Positions 26,316-40,329 are shown, counted from the first letter of the stretch. The stretch: DNA of 64,000 bases from Chrysomallon squamiferum (GCA_012295275.1 CM022667.1:13516001-13580000), one strand, 5' to 3'. The notes: generated by a model not told the origin, from the letters alone. Numbers and translations are program-made.

Positions 26316-27711
26316 GTGGAACAACACGATAATGAGGTGGATAAAAAAATCCTGATTTTGATGATCTTGTGATAAACCACAGGTTTCATATCTTCTGCTG
26401 ACAAAATTTCATCGCAAGGCCTTTGTGGGATACGATGCGCAAATAATTCTACCTGTATTTGGTTTTCGTACAACGTGTATGGAATTTGTCGTCTGCATTA
26501 TTTGAGATTTACAAATTCTGCAAGCTATACAGCTTCACCTGACTGCACGCACTTTTACCTGAGTGCAGGTACAAATACATACACTCACACACGCACACAT
26601 TCAAAATACCTTAAATTCATTATAGACACAGACACACACACACAGACACACACAAATATATTAAAAAAAAATACTTTAAATTAATTGAAACACACTCACA
26701 GAAAGACAGTAATAAAATTTTTAAAATATATATATATTTTTTATAATAATTATTATTACTGTCTTTCAGAAAGACAGTAATAAAATTTTTAAAATATATA
26801 TATATTTTTTATAATAATTATTATTACTGTCTTTCTGTGTGTGTTAATTTAAAGTATTTTTTTAATATTTGTGTGTGGTTCTGTGTGAGTGTGTCTGTCT
26901 ATACATATATATATATTTACTTTTCTAAGATTGTAAAGAAATTACTAAAACTATCCTTGTAACAAAAATTAGTCCATACTTGACTTTACTGTAAGTATTA
27001 TTCTTAATTCTGAAAACAAATTATAATTTTAAAAACCTTTTTAGAAATTATTATCATTTCCTGACAGGTTCATGTCCAGTGGAAGATGGGTTTGTTTATC
27101 TGGACAAACTGAACCTCTGTTTCAAAGTGTTCAGCGATCAGAAAATATTTTCTGAAGCACGTGACGCCTGCAGTGAGATAGGTTCAAGACTGATTGTACT
27201 GGACACAGAAGAGAAAAACACTGCTGTCGGTGACCACATCCAAACAAACATAGGTAGGAACATAGCTATTGATATACAACTACTACTGCTAAACCTACAA
27301 CTATTTCATTTACTTGACAACGAAAGCTTCTATAATAAATGCGGTATTTTTCACCAGTTGTAACTAAATACATTTTTCAGTGATTGTTATTATTATTGTT
27401 AATATTATTATTGTTATTTTTGTTGTCGTTGTCTGTGTCGCTGTTGTTATTGTCATTGGTATTTTTATTAGTTCTGTTATTATTATTCAGACACAGGTGA
27501 ATATTTATACATCGGACTGACTGATGCTGTTACAGAAGACGTGTATGTTTGGGAGGACGGAAATCAGGCAGTGTTTTTCAACTGGGGAACCAATGAACCT
27601 CACAGTAGTAACGGTAACGAGGACTGTGTTGTGTTACGTTTTCCTTTAAACACATGGCATGATGTCTTCTGTTCTACCAGACTAAATTATATTTGTGAGA
27701 AACCAATGTGA
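26316..27711 (+). CDS. PAN-CTLD gene, C-like variant, EPH/WHD motifs; exon 1 not visible. Exons 26316-26568 (frameshifted near the gap), 27068-27253, 27491-27711
   Basis: Exons 3 and 4 are intact (..NWGTNEPHSSNGNEDC..TWHDVFC..YICEKPM*). Exon 2 is 253 nt, with small insertions within ~80 nt of the contig end. Either a pseudogene or a consensus error. Confidence 0.6.
26621..26903. repeat. Imperfect fold-back (inverted repeat) enclosing a 68-bp tandem duplication
   Basis: Arms ~26621-26715 and ~26821-26903 are reverse complements; 26700-26767 is repeated at 26768-26835. Confidence 0.85.
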
Positions 27712-28039
27712 CTCTTTGTATTATTAAAAATAAATGAGATACTGTTACAATGAAACTAACAAAATGAGTTCATTCATTTTTTAAATCTTTAAGGAATGAG
27801 TTATTTATCAGTTCTGACACAATGATGATTCTGATGGATATGATTTGGTTGATTAAAATAAAATAGGTCTCGAAAACAGAGTTATTCATTCCTTCATCAA
27901 AATGTTTCGTCGTCAATAGCATTTCATGAATTAAAAATTCAGAGCAGGAATAGTCGTACTTCAAAAGCTAAAATTAATTATTTAAATTTTCAGTGTTTCT
28001 GCTCTACTAGAAACATGTCAACATAAACAATGCAAAAAT

Positions 28040-28400
28040 CGTAAGAGATGGTTTAATTAGGGCAGTTGCAGACTGGGAACCTTGGCATCACAACTGATTA
28101 GCATCTGAGTTTCACAACTGTCGAGATACAGTAGACAGCCATTACCTTTTTGATCATTGTTCGCTTTCCTTTTGAGAAGTTTCAGCTAGTAGGGTCGTTT
28201 TTCTTCAGTTGTAACCTTGAATGCAGCATCCCCAAATGTTCTGTTCCTTTTTCCCCTGGCGCTCTGGCTATCATTTCTCCCACCTGTAAAAATACAGAGA
28301 ACGCCATTTTGAAAAGGGTTGCAAATAAATCGGCTTCAAACTGAGATAAAGAAATAATAGATATTGGAGCCACAAGACAATATCAGCCGTTTTCCTGACA
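28040..28400 (-). mobile_element. DIRS-like tyrosine recombinase catalytic-domain remnant
   Basis: EADLFATLFKMAFSVFLQVGE resembles the YR AF..FLR.GE box with Arg replaced by Gln. After a frameshift, ANNDQKGNGCLLYL resembles SKTDQ.G.G. Shares GACAATATCAGCCGTTTT and CCTGACATTAAATGGGATTATA with 4736-4960. Confidence 0.65.
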
Positions 28401-30283
28401 TTAAATGGGATTATACTACCACATTACGAATAATCTGTACTAACACCAAACACAGAAACGTGTATAAAAAGTTGCACATTCGTTTCTAATAGTAATCTAC
28501 AGTTTTAACTAATCCAAATCAGTTGCCCTTGACATTTCTATACAGCCATTTTCTTTCCATACATTTTTATTAATTCGGAATCATTTTCTGTAGGAGGAGA
28601 AGTCATCTTATTTTATTGTAGTTGTTGTTGTTGTTGTTGTTGTTGTTGTTATTATTATTATTATTATTATTATCTGGTATACTACTATTAAGAATTTATT
28701 ATTATACATACATATAAACATACGTATATATATACATCATATAATTAAAGAGAAAAACAACAAACCAACCTAAAAACTCTCTGTATTTATGAATTCGAGC
28801 CAAAATAAAAATAAAAAAGGTTCTAAAAAATACATCGACTTGTAAACCAGTGTAGGTACCTTTAAATTCAGGCACATCGACATAACATTAGACAGATTGT
28901 TTTTCTTCTTTTTTTAAATTAATGTTGTGAATATCAGTTTAGATGTTGATTATTTTATTCGTAAATGAATAGAGAAAGATATTGATTTAAGGAACAATTG
29001 TTTGTAATATATAGTACTCTGATTTGCGTAAATAATGTATTTCTCTCTCTTTTTTTTTATGTGATTATTATTATTATTATTTTCTTAATAAAATTCATCT
29101 TACGATTGACAGTATTGATTGTGTCAAGCTGACAAAACATTAAATGAATTTCATTTTCCCAGAGGAACAATCCTGGTCGTCTGTGAATATTTAATAATAT
29201 TTTGTCACTTGAAACGATTATTATCAAGAAAATAATTATTTCAGCATGTCACACATCAGTTATATTTCTGGATCTGTTGATTTTTTCTTTCGAATTTTCA
29301 GTTTACTGCTTAATCTTTGCTTTATGATTAACATTCGTAGTAGTAGCGTGAATAATAGAAGTACAAACAATTAAGTAAGCATTATAAATATTAGTAACAG
29401 TAACGTAATTAGTAGTGGTGGTAACAGAAGCAGTGACGTAAATAGCAGAACCAGTAGTAGTAGTAGCGATAACACAAACACAAGTAGTAGGAGTAGTAAG
29501 TAGTATAACAATAACGTAATTAGAAGTAGTGGCAGTGGTGTAGTAGTAGTAGTAGCAGCAACTGTAGTAGTAGTAGTAGTAGTAGCAGTAATAGTGGTTA
29601 GTGGTAGTAGAAGTATTAATGTTTTTCTCTGCCTTTAGAAGTGAATATTTAATTATGTGTGGAAGAAACAAAGGTTTTGGTTGAATTGTCAGTATCAAGT
29701 GTAACAGAAGCAGTACAGTTGTAATCGGTTCATTTGGTGTTATTTACTTTGTATTACCTCCCTTGTGCTCGCTATATGTTTATTCTTGTTATAAATATTT
29801 AATTTTTGATTTGCAATAGCGATAGATACGCTTCGTGTGAGTGGACTGAAAAGTATTTAACTTGTTTATAGCTTGGATTCTTTCAACAACATCGGTAGAC
29901 AGACACACAGAAACACAGACGTGCTGTTATTAGCTGTTTTTCATTTCTTCAGTATATTTGAAAGTGCTCACCACTTAGATGTATTTTAAACTGATAGTAT
30001 TTCTCTCTTTTTTCATCCTTTTCATTTTTTTTTTTTTTTTCCTGAATCCACAGTGATCAGAGCTGGTAATCATTACTACGTTACTTATTTTATATATACT
30101 AATTTTAACGAGATATTGTGTTTTATTTCTTCGTTTTCCAGATTTTATTTTTATTATAAAAAGAACATCCCACCTTTTGATCTAATTTGTTTTATCTTTT
30201 ACTAGCAACTGCTGCAGTAGAAGTAGTAGTAGTAGTAGTGTCTTCTTGTCATTATTATTCTTATTCTTATTCTTATTATTATG

Positions 30284-30344
<61 letters not shown>

Positions 30345-30351
<7 letters not shown>

Positions 30352-31105
30352 TGGACATGGCTTCAAAACCCATATTACAATAACAGGGCTACTGATGATT
30401 TCAAGAAATATAACATGTACAATGTAGTGAACTGTTAAACAAATAGAACACGTGTAAAATATTGAGGTGTTGAAGAAATGGAATATTAATAATGTTTAAT
30501 ATATTAACTGGACGAACAGATACATTATATTGATACTTTAAATGGTGTATTATGACAGGACAGAAATACAATTAAGAATAACTAAACACTTTATTGACAC
30601 GTTTCTGTCAAGTATATGTGGGAGAATGGTGGACAATATACAAGAGGAAAATTTGACTATACAAAATAGTTTCTGAAGCGCGTGACACCTGCAGTCAGAT
30701 AGGTTCAAGACTGATTGTACTGGACACAGAAGAGAAAAACACTACATCAAAACAAACATAGGCAGGAACTTATACATTTATAAACAACTACTACTTCATC
30801 TACTGCACAGCAATACCCCTCCAATCACTACTACTAGTAAATTACTGCTACTACTACTGCTACACTGTTATTTGTCATACGTTTTAGATACTATGAGTTT
30901 TTATACAAATCTAAAAGTAAGAAAAGATGGAAAACAATTTTGTTTGGGAGAATGGACAAAACCCCGTCCATTTTGAAAAATAGGACAACAATGAATCCGA
31001 TAACTATCTGGAAGATTGAGCGATATTAATTCCAACAAGCAAAATGTGGTGTGACATTAACTGTATACTTTCAGTAAATATAGATTTGTGAAAAACCGTT
31101 GTTAA
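30345..31105 (+). pseudogene. Decayed PAN-CTLD pseudogene, duplicate of 6355-7120
   Basis: Same exon 2/3/4 remnants with additional lesions. Confidence 0.75.
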
Positions 31106-31750
31106 AGTCACATGATATTTGTTGAATAAACAAACATAAAATTAAATTTATTTATTTATTTATATATTTGTTTGTTTTATTTATACGTCCAAGCGATTAA
31201 TAAAAAAAAAATGTAATTATCATTATCACCAACCTGTCATTCATTCATTTCTTGATTCTTTCATTCTTTTTATTTTTTTACGGATGCTTACAACCGCAAT
31301 GTTTTGAATAATTAAAATGACAGCAAGAACAACAGCAGTAAGAAAAGCAATAAATAAATGAGATGTAGTACAGATATTAAATGATGATTATTTCGTAGAA
31401 GAATTAAGCAACATTGAAGGGATTAAAAATATGATCGATGAAAAACAAAAATTAACAAAATAAAATAAAAACTATATTAAATTCACTCAGAATTGTTGAG
31501 TACACCACAACAAACTGAAACTGTTCAGAATTCAGTACTAAGACTGCAAGCAAACTGTACAGAAATAAGCGAATGTGACAAATACAAACAGAAACTGAAC
31601 AATAAAAATACAACTAAAGAAGAATTGTTTTTCAGTTTATTTATTTAACTGACCTGCATTACAATTATCATATAAGTCGAAGAAAATCTGCTTGAAGATA
31701 TGATTTTTTATTTTTTTATTTTATTTTATTTTTTTTGTTGTTGTTGCTCG

Positions 31751-33001
31751 TCAGGTTCTTACGATTAATTTAGAGCTTTCACATATGTATTTGAAACGTC
31801 TTTTACATCCAACATCTCCCCATTTGCTTAAACCAGATACAAATATAGTGCAGTCTTCATAGTCGAAATTATCAGGTTCATTTTCATTCCAGTTTGTATA
31901 AATGGCTTTTTCGCCATTCTCCCACACATACGTTTTCTCCTCAACTTCATCAGTTAATCCGATGTAAAATTTGTCGAGATTTGACCCTGTAAAACAAATG
32001 AATGTAAATGTAGTAATAGTAATAGCAGTAGTAGCGGTGGTATAGGAATAACAATAGCGATGAAGCAGCAATAGCAGAGACAGATGCAGGAAAACAAGTA
32101 GAAGTGGAAGCAGTGTTAATAGTAATAGTAGCAGAGGTAGTAAGTAGTATTGTTGTAGTGGGAGTAGTTACTAAAAAGCATTCATTGCAGAGCTTTCCAA
32201 AGTGAATAACTGCCAGGGAAAGTATAGTTTTTGTTCATGAAATTTGAGGCAGAATGAAATTGTGTTTGCTTGAAATTTATTTTTGATAACAGACAAAATC
32301 TGCTGATGTAGGTTTATCGGGTCATACTGCTATCTGATATCGTTAGAGTATGTGGTCCAAAGTCATAAGTGCATAGCATGGGGACAGTATTGCGAGGTGA
32401 ATTTGTATATATTTAAATAGACAGGATTGGAAGTGAGGCATTTTGTCGAGATACCAATAGTGATTATAAAGAGATATAACTGCAATAATACCAGTGGTAG
32501 TAGTTTTCGTATTTATAGCAGTAACAATTGTAGCAATCGTAAAGATAGTAGTAGTAATACTAATTGTAGTAGAAGCAACAGAAGTAACAGAAAAAGTAGT
32601 AGTAGTAGCAGTAGCAGTGGCAGTTATTGTTGTCGTAGTAGTTGTAGTAGTAATAGTAATACTACTGATCAAATGAAACAAACACATAAATAAATAAATA
32701 GAAAGGGAAATAAGAAAACAGCAGACACACCTATGTTTGAAAGGTAGCTCGACATAATTCTGTTTTTTTCTTCCGTGTCTAACACGATCAGTCTTGGTCC
32801 CAGCTGGCCGCAAGCAACACGTGCCTCAGCAAATGTTTTACGATCTTCAGACAACTTGAAGCACAGTGTTCCCAAAAACACGAAACCCTCATCAGTCGGA
32901 CAGAAATCTATGAAACGAAAACAACTATATAACAGTCACTACAATAATATTTTTATATACATAATTATGCACCCATCGTTACCGCCGTTATCCCAAAAAA
33001 T

Positions 33002-33032
<31 letters not shown>

Positions 33033-33771
33033 TCAGACGATTACAGTATAATGTAAAATACATACTGTTACGATAAAAACATAAAATTCATTTCACTACC
33101 ACACAAAGATAAAATTTTAGCTTTTGCCATAAAAAGATGAACTTGAACATAATGTTATTCAAAGATCAAATTCAAACAGCTAGTATATAGAGAAAACGAT
33201 TCAAATGAGACTGTTGCCAAGCAAAACACAAAATTCAGATTGTTACGACTGAAAGATAAAAGTCATATTATTATTATTATTATAATACAAAGGTTAAATT
33301 TAGCCTGCTACCTGAAGGAATGTAATAGTGCTTCCAGTTTGCCGTGTCAGACGTACTGACGTAAGTACCAACCCTCACAGAATAATGGCGACATTTTCCG
33401 TTGTCGTAGGCAAACGAAAGGCATTCAGGATTCTTGGTGCAGGCAGAGCCACAGTGCATCATGGTCTTGACGTCAGTGGCTTCGTATATTTCAGAGTTAA
33501 ATGCAGTGAAATAATCATATTTTTCTTTCTCAATCCAAATTCATCTTGTTCCAATGCAGCTTCATTGACAGTAAAATAAAACTATTTTCATTACTAGTAT
33601 TAAATAGTGACATTTAGTAAGATATAATTCAGTTGATGACGTTAATCTATTTATCATTCTATCAGTTCATATATTCATAAAGAGTACGTATATTTATACA
33701 TACCTGTCTGCCATTTTAGAACACCCGAAAACAGCTGACAACAACAGAAACTGGATCAAAGTGTTTTGCAT
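31751..33771 (-). pseudogene. Subfamily A copy A3 with a single nonsense mutation, EPD/WGD motifs. Exons 33771-33704, 33559-33312, 32907-32731, 31986-31751
   Basis: All splice sites are intact, but TGG has become TGA at 33541-33543 (plus strand TCA versus CCA in A1, A2 and A') early in exon 2. Confidence 0.8.
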
Positions 33772-33994
33772 TTCATATGAATAAATTTTAGTGAAGAAAA
33801 CGACGAAGTGAACAGGTCGTAATAAATATCAATGTTTGAGCTTATCTTAAGTCAAAATCCCCAAACATCGATTTGCAGCTTTAATATGAAACGTTGCTAC
33901 GGTGTATTTAATTTTTAATGCACAACTGAAGGCTTAACATGTTTTACATCTATTTTGTTTTAATCAACAATCGTTGTTTTTTATATATATATAT

Positions 33995-34573
33995 TGTCAC
34001 GAGGCCCACACCATTAAACATCTTGGATATTTTATTAATGCTCAGTCTAGGGTAACATGGTGCTTTAATGGCCATCTAACAAGGAATGTAAAGGCTAAAT
34101 TAACAACAATCTATATAATCAATATTTAGCGGTCCACTAGATAAATAAACACAATTCGAGTTAAATATTTAATTACAATATACAGATGACTTGATAATAA
34201 TACAAACATTAGTGATATGAGTAAGGTCAGACGGGGAACAAGACAAAATAAAAAAATTCACGGAGGACAGATTAAACAATTAAAGTTTTAGTTATATTAA
34301 ATGTTCCTAAAGAGGTTAATTGCACATTACCCTATCAAAATAAGAATGGACAATAGCTTACCATACTGGTCCGTAAAGACAATGTCATTCAAAAACATTT
34401 GTTTCCCTGCCTGACTGAGCTGTTTAATTACTGAAACTGAAACTGAAAAAAATTAACGTGCTAATCAGAGCAAGAACGTTCATAATTACCAAATGCCAGC
34501 GCTTTTACAACAACGCCATGGAGTTGAAAAAATGGCGTCAACAATAAAAAGCGCGGATCTGATTGTAGTTACA
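33995..34573. mobile_element. Second copy of the candidate solo LTR
   Basis: Near-identical to 2026-2615 at the same insertion site. Confidence 0.45.
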
Positions 34574-34877
34574 ATTAGTTACGATTCTCGATATATATAT
34601 ATATATATATATACCTCCAGATAATTTCTATCTAATTAAGTTTATAGATTTTTCATGCAAGGATTTTCCTGAATTATATAAAGTAAATTATACGGTAACA
34701 GCGAATAATATATTTTTAACCAATATATTTTGATAAACCCACATAACATGTATAATATTTTAATCGGTCAAACATATAGAAAATGTACTTTATATTGATT
34801 GCTTCAATGTTGCATTTTGAGAGAATATAAGATACATGTAAGAGCAACTAAAAATTATTATTATATTGTCACGTTTC

Positions 34878-35450
34878 TCTCCAATGGAAGACGGGTTTAT
34901 ATAAACTCAGTCTGTTTTTACAATTGTTCATTTTTTGTCTTTCGCGCGTGTCGCCTCCACTCAGATAGGTTCAAGTCTGATTGTACTGGACATAGAAGAA
35001 AAAAAACGCAGCTGTTGGTGATTACATCAAGGAAAATTAAATCAGAAATAGGAATATTTATCTACGACTACTACTACTTCATCAACTACTACAACTTCAG
35101 CTACTTTACAGCAGTGTTATTACCACAAGTATTACTCCGACAACTACTGCTACTACTACTAGTAACTTTAACTACTACTACTACTAGTGCTGCTACTAAT
35201 AGTAGAACTGTTACTTCTTTTACTTTTTAAAGTACGATAGGGTTTTATATATATAGGTCTAACAGGTAAAACGATGAAAAACAGTTTTGTTTGAAAGAGT
35301 AGTGAACACGTCCAGTTTGAAAAATGGAAAACAAAATAAGCACAAACCTGGACGTGGAAGATTGTGTAAAACTAATCACAAAAAAGCAAAATGTGAGTCG
35401 ACGTTGGTCCCGTTATATCAGAAAAGAAAATTTGTGGAAAACCTCTGTGA
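34878..35450 (+). pseudogene. Old decayed CTLD exon 3 and exon 4 remnants
   Basis: CCAATGGAAGACGGGTTT..CAGATAGGTTCAAGTCTGATTGTACTGGAC (exon 3) and YIGLT..VEDCVKLI..ATTTGTGGAAAACC (exon 4), with many stops. Confidence 0.7.
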
Positions 35451-36477
35451 AACTGACTTCTTATTTCTTGAATAAAGTAAAAGTAAATAAACTTTTTTAT
35501 TTATTTATGTATTTTTTCTACTTTTGTTTGTCTAGTCGTCCCTACCATTTGAAAATTTAAAATATTACTCTTACTATCATCATCATCATTATTCCAAAGT
35601 ATCCTTATTCATTCGCTATTGCTGTTGTTAGTATTTATTTATTTATTGATTTATTTGCTTTTTCATTTAATTACCATTTATTCTATATGTTTTATTTTTA
35701 TTATTATTAAATTTATGTATTTATTTATTTGTCATATGCTAGAGGAAACCTTTTTTATTAGCAGTTAAGGATATTTTCTTATTATTATCTTGCTGAGATT
35801 GAAATAATCAATAGGGGCCGATGCGGAGAGTTGATCCTGGGATCTGTTATAACCAGGTTCTATACGGAATGAACCACACTGCACCTAGAACAGACAGCAG
35901 TTAGCAGGAGTGACAAATGCGACAGAAACCTGTTTATTCGTTTATGACAACTCTTTGTTTATTCCCTAGTACAAAAATTTGTATTGTGCATTTCTGATGT
36001 ATTCAGCGATAAAGTCGATCATTTTCTGACAGTTATATTACTCTCTGTTGTGAATAAATATTTTTTTTCATTTATACTCTAGTACAAGAATTTGTTAATT
36101 TTTTTATCGTCTTTGCGTATACTTCTCACGTACTAAGCAATACAAATCTATATTTTTCTGGTAGGTCACATTAGTACTCTCTTTTGTCAATAAATATTAT
36201 CAGCTCTGTTACTATCATCATCATCATCATTGGTAATCTTCAAAATCTAGTTGTTAAATTTGTAATATTGCTGTGCATGTCTACCCCTTGTTATCAAGTT
36301 TAAGTCAGTATTCTGATTCTGTTTTTGTTCTTTTCTTTCAATGCTGTCATTTTGTTGTTGTTTTATTCGTGTTTTTAAAATTATTTGTTATTAAAATTAG
36401 GATATCAGCCTCTATTTTGATTATAAAAACACACACACATATATATTTTTTCCTAGATGTTTTATTGTTAATTGTAG

Positions 36478-37665
36478 GAGCACCCGTTCATCTGTTTGGA
36501 TTAGAAATATAAATTTTGAAGATATCGATGGAAACGATGGGCTCCTATCTTCTGTAGATGGAATTACAAGCTCTGAGGCTTATGGGATACGATGTGCTTG
36601 AGATGTTCAAATTACAACAGTTACTCCAAATCACCTGGCTGGAAATATTTCTATTTGAATGCAGGTAACGTAGATGTATTTGTTTATTTGTTAGTACTAT
36701 ACTAGTTGTTACTGATTTTATTTTAATACTATTAATATAATATTTTTTTCCTATATATTTAATTGTTCCAGCTGATAAGAGTAGAGTTGGATTTTGAATA
36801 ACTTTCGACTGTTATGATTTACACACACAGATGCACAGACACACATAACTTTTATACGTAGATACCTCACCGAAAAATGTACGTGTACGTATATGAATGA
36901 ATGAACAAATAAATAAATATATAAGTACAAGCATAAAATTGCATAAGCATATAACAATAACAACAACAATAACAACAATAACAACAACAACAACAATAAT
37001 AATAATAATAACAATAATAATAATCATAATAATAACAATAATAATAATAATAATCATAATAATAAATCAATCAGTAGTTAAGAAGCACGTTATTTTTAAT
37101 GAAAAACATCACTTTTAAAAATTTAAGACATGTGAAAGAAAGAAATGAACGGTTTTGTTCTCACAGGCTCATGTTCAGTAGAAGACGGGTTTGTGTACTT
37201 GGACGAAGTGCATCTGTGTATGAAGGTTTCTGCGAAAAGAAAACATTTTCTCAAGCACGTGACACCTGCAGGCAGATAGGTTCAAGATTGATTGTACTGG
37301 ACTCAGAAGAGAAAAATACGGCTGTTGGTGACTACATCGTTGCATACATAGGTAAATTCGTCTCCTTAATCATCATCACTATATATTATCGTCGTCAATG
37401 ATATTACCATTATTTTGATAATCGTCATTATTATTATTATTATTGTTAACATAATCATCGTGATCCTCACTAATATTATTATTATTTACTAGAAGAACAC
37501 AACTAATTCCACTACTTCCACCACCAGCCTCAACCCTACCATTGTTACTGTTGATACTGCTACTACAACTACCGATACAACCATGACCACTGCTACTATT
37601 GCTAGTATAACTTTTAGTACTGCTAGTACTACCATACCCGTCTCAATTTTATTTATTTATTTGTC

Positions 37666-37701
<36 letters not shown>

Positions 37702-37947
37702 GTTATTATTGTTATTATTATTATTTTAGCCACAGACAACTTTTACATCGGTCTAACAGACGAGAAGATTGAAAACACGTTTGTCTGGGAGAATGGTGAA
37801 GCGGTAAAGTTCACGAGCTGGAACGAAAATGAACCAAGTGATGGTGTCAGAACTGAAGACTGCGTCCTGTTAGTACCAACAGATAAAGTGTGGGGCGACG
37901 TGCAATGTTCTCGACGCGAAAAATACATTTGTGAAAAACTTGTGTGA
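36478..37947 (+). pseudogene. Subfamily B pseudogene lacking exon 1. Exons 36478-36664, 37167-37351, 37730-37947
   Basis: Same 61-nt exon-2 deletion as 11778-11964. Exon 3 is 185 nt (frameshift). Exon 4 is still open (EPS/WGD). Confidence 0.88.
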
Positions 37948-40066
37948 CGGTCACCAGAACAGACAAAAATGAAGGAATTTCAAAAAGATATCGATGAAAA
38001 AAACAAAAACAAAAAAAAAAAAATGCAAAAACACAACAAACAGATAAAGAACAATAGGAAAGAAATAAACACATGCAAAACTTAAACGTGCTCATTCATT
38101 TCTTGTCTCAGTTTAACACGTAATGTTGTTATTGATCTCAACGTAAAGAAGATTTGATATTTGTGTTTCTATCGTGTAACAGACAGAATATTTCAGAGAA
38201 ATGCACCAATTGGAGTACAGTGACCACAGAGTAAAGGATGTAACAACACCCGGAGTTATAGTTTAGTATATTAAGAAACTGTAAAATCTATACCATTATA
38301 TTACTTACAGTTTGAGATAGCTTCTCCAGATGTAGTAAAACATTCATATATTCATTGACTGCCTGTACCCTGTGTTCCATCTTCTTGAGACTGGCAGTTT
38401 ACCGACATTGCTTATAATGTTCTTATAATCACCTACAAAGTTTCAAAGGAACTTTCTCAATTACCCATTTAGTCTAAAAGCCTATTGTGATGTTCCCACT
38501 GGGTCTAATAATATTTTAATCCCTGCTGATTTTTTTTTTTAGATCAATTGGGAAGACATATATATATATATATTTGAAGACTTTTTGAATGATGGAACAG
38601 AGTCCTGTATTAAAACCTGGCTACGCTGTGCACAAAATGATTGCGTCGGATGTTTTCACTTATTTTTGCGAATTCTCGTCAGACTCAAGCACTAATCAGT
38701 TCTGTGATGGTTTTTGCTTGTAACTGACTAAACTAACATCAAGTGTCACAAACAGAAACGTGTATAAAAAGTACCGCTTTTGTTTCCAGTAGTAATCTAC
38801 AGTTTTAACTAATCAAAATCAATTGCTCATGACATTTCTGTATATCCATTTTTTTTCTATAAATTTGTGTCTTTATTAATTCGAAATTATTTTGTTGTTA
38901 TTGTTGTTATTATTAATAATTATTAATATCATTATCATAATCATTGTTATTATTATTGAGTATACCACCATTTAGTATTATTGTTGCTGTTGTTATTATT
39001 AAACATTTTTGCTATTTGCATTTAACTAATTAGGCAATTTTTACTTCTGTGAAATGTGGTAAGATTCTTGTACTGTAAACTAACACTTCTTACTTAAAAA
39101 ACCCAAACAAAGCAAACAAGATAAATAAACCTAAAATATTCTAAAATTCATATCAACCTCATATCTGCCTACTGTTTACATTTTTCTGTTTAAAATCAAG
39201 GCCGATCGATATAAAATTAGATCGAATTATAAGTGAGTGTGACGGTAGATGCTTATTATTATTATTATTATTATTATGTTTAATTACCCTTGAGAATATG
39301 AGTTTTCGTGTTAAACATTTTATTAGTAAATGAACAGAGACAGATATTGATTTAAAGAACAACTGTTTGTAATGTACTGTACATTGTTTTGCGTTAATAT
39401 TGTTAAACTGGTTATTGATATGTGTACATTTTTTTTAATTTTAATTTGAGCTGTACAGAACTCCAGGCATATTTATTGTACGTTTTGAAGTAGTTATGAT
39501 ATCTGAGAGCAACACATTTATTTATGCTTCTTTAAAATTGTTGTATCTCTAATATTATTGTCGTTGTTGTTTTCTTTGTTACTGCTCTATTTGTTTTCTC
39601 CAATAAAGTTCGTTTTACGATTAATAGTATGGAAATGTTAAGGATAAATCATGTTTTGATTTTCTTCTTCCTAGGTATTACAATATTGATTGGGTCAAGC
39701 TCACAAAACATTAAATAAATTTCATTTTTCCCAGAGGAACAAACCTTGTCGTCTGTGAATATTAAATAATATTTAGTCACTTTGGATGATTCATTCTCAA
39801 AACGTTATTATTTCAGCATGTCACACATCAGTTATTTTTCTGGATCTATTGATTTTTCCTTCAAATTTTCTATCTTCTACTAAACCTTAGCTGCAACGGA
39901 ATATGTAACACGAAGTCATAAATGTTTCCTTTGCCTAGTTAAATAAAAAAAATTAAAAAAAATTCTGTCAGATCGAATGTCATCTCGATCAATAATATAA
40001 CATTTTTATGTCTAAATCCTGAGTTTTAGGGGATGTCTACATTCAATACCAAAGTGGTAATCGTAA

Positions 40067-40128
<62 letters not shown>

Positions 40129-40164
40129 AACAACTACTACTACTACTATTAGACCATAGCTGTT

Positions 40165-40329
40165 ACTTGTCTGACGTCTGAAAAGGTGGAAACAGTATTT
40201 GTTTTGGAGAATGGAGAAAACGTCCTTTTTCAAAAATCAGACAACAATGAATCCGATAACTACCTGGAAGATTGCACGATATTAATTCCAACAAGCAAAA
40301 TGTGGCGTGAAAAACTATTGAGAAACTGA
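40165..40329 (+). pseudogene. Orphan decayed CTLD exon 4 (ESD class)
   Basis: Duplicate of 22760-22914. Confidence 0.72.

Larger units (their letters stand above)
28391..34725 (+). repeat. Segmental duplicate of the subfamily A unit (matches ~4940-8100 joined to 1-2760)
   Basis: Colinear high identity by eye, including the decayed + strand pseudogene, the A gene and the LTR-like insertion. Confidence 0.88.

Noticed and set aside
38150-38520. Unique, slightly GC-richer stretch with a minus-strand GTAAGT donor-like site
   Set aside because: All frames I translated contain stops and show no recognisable motif.
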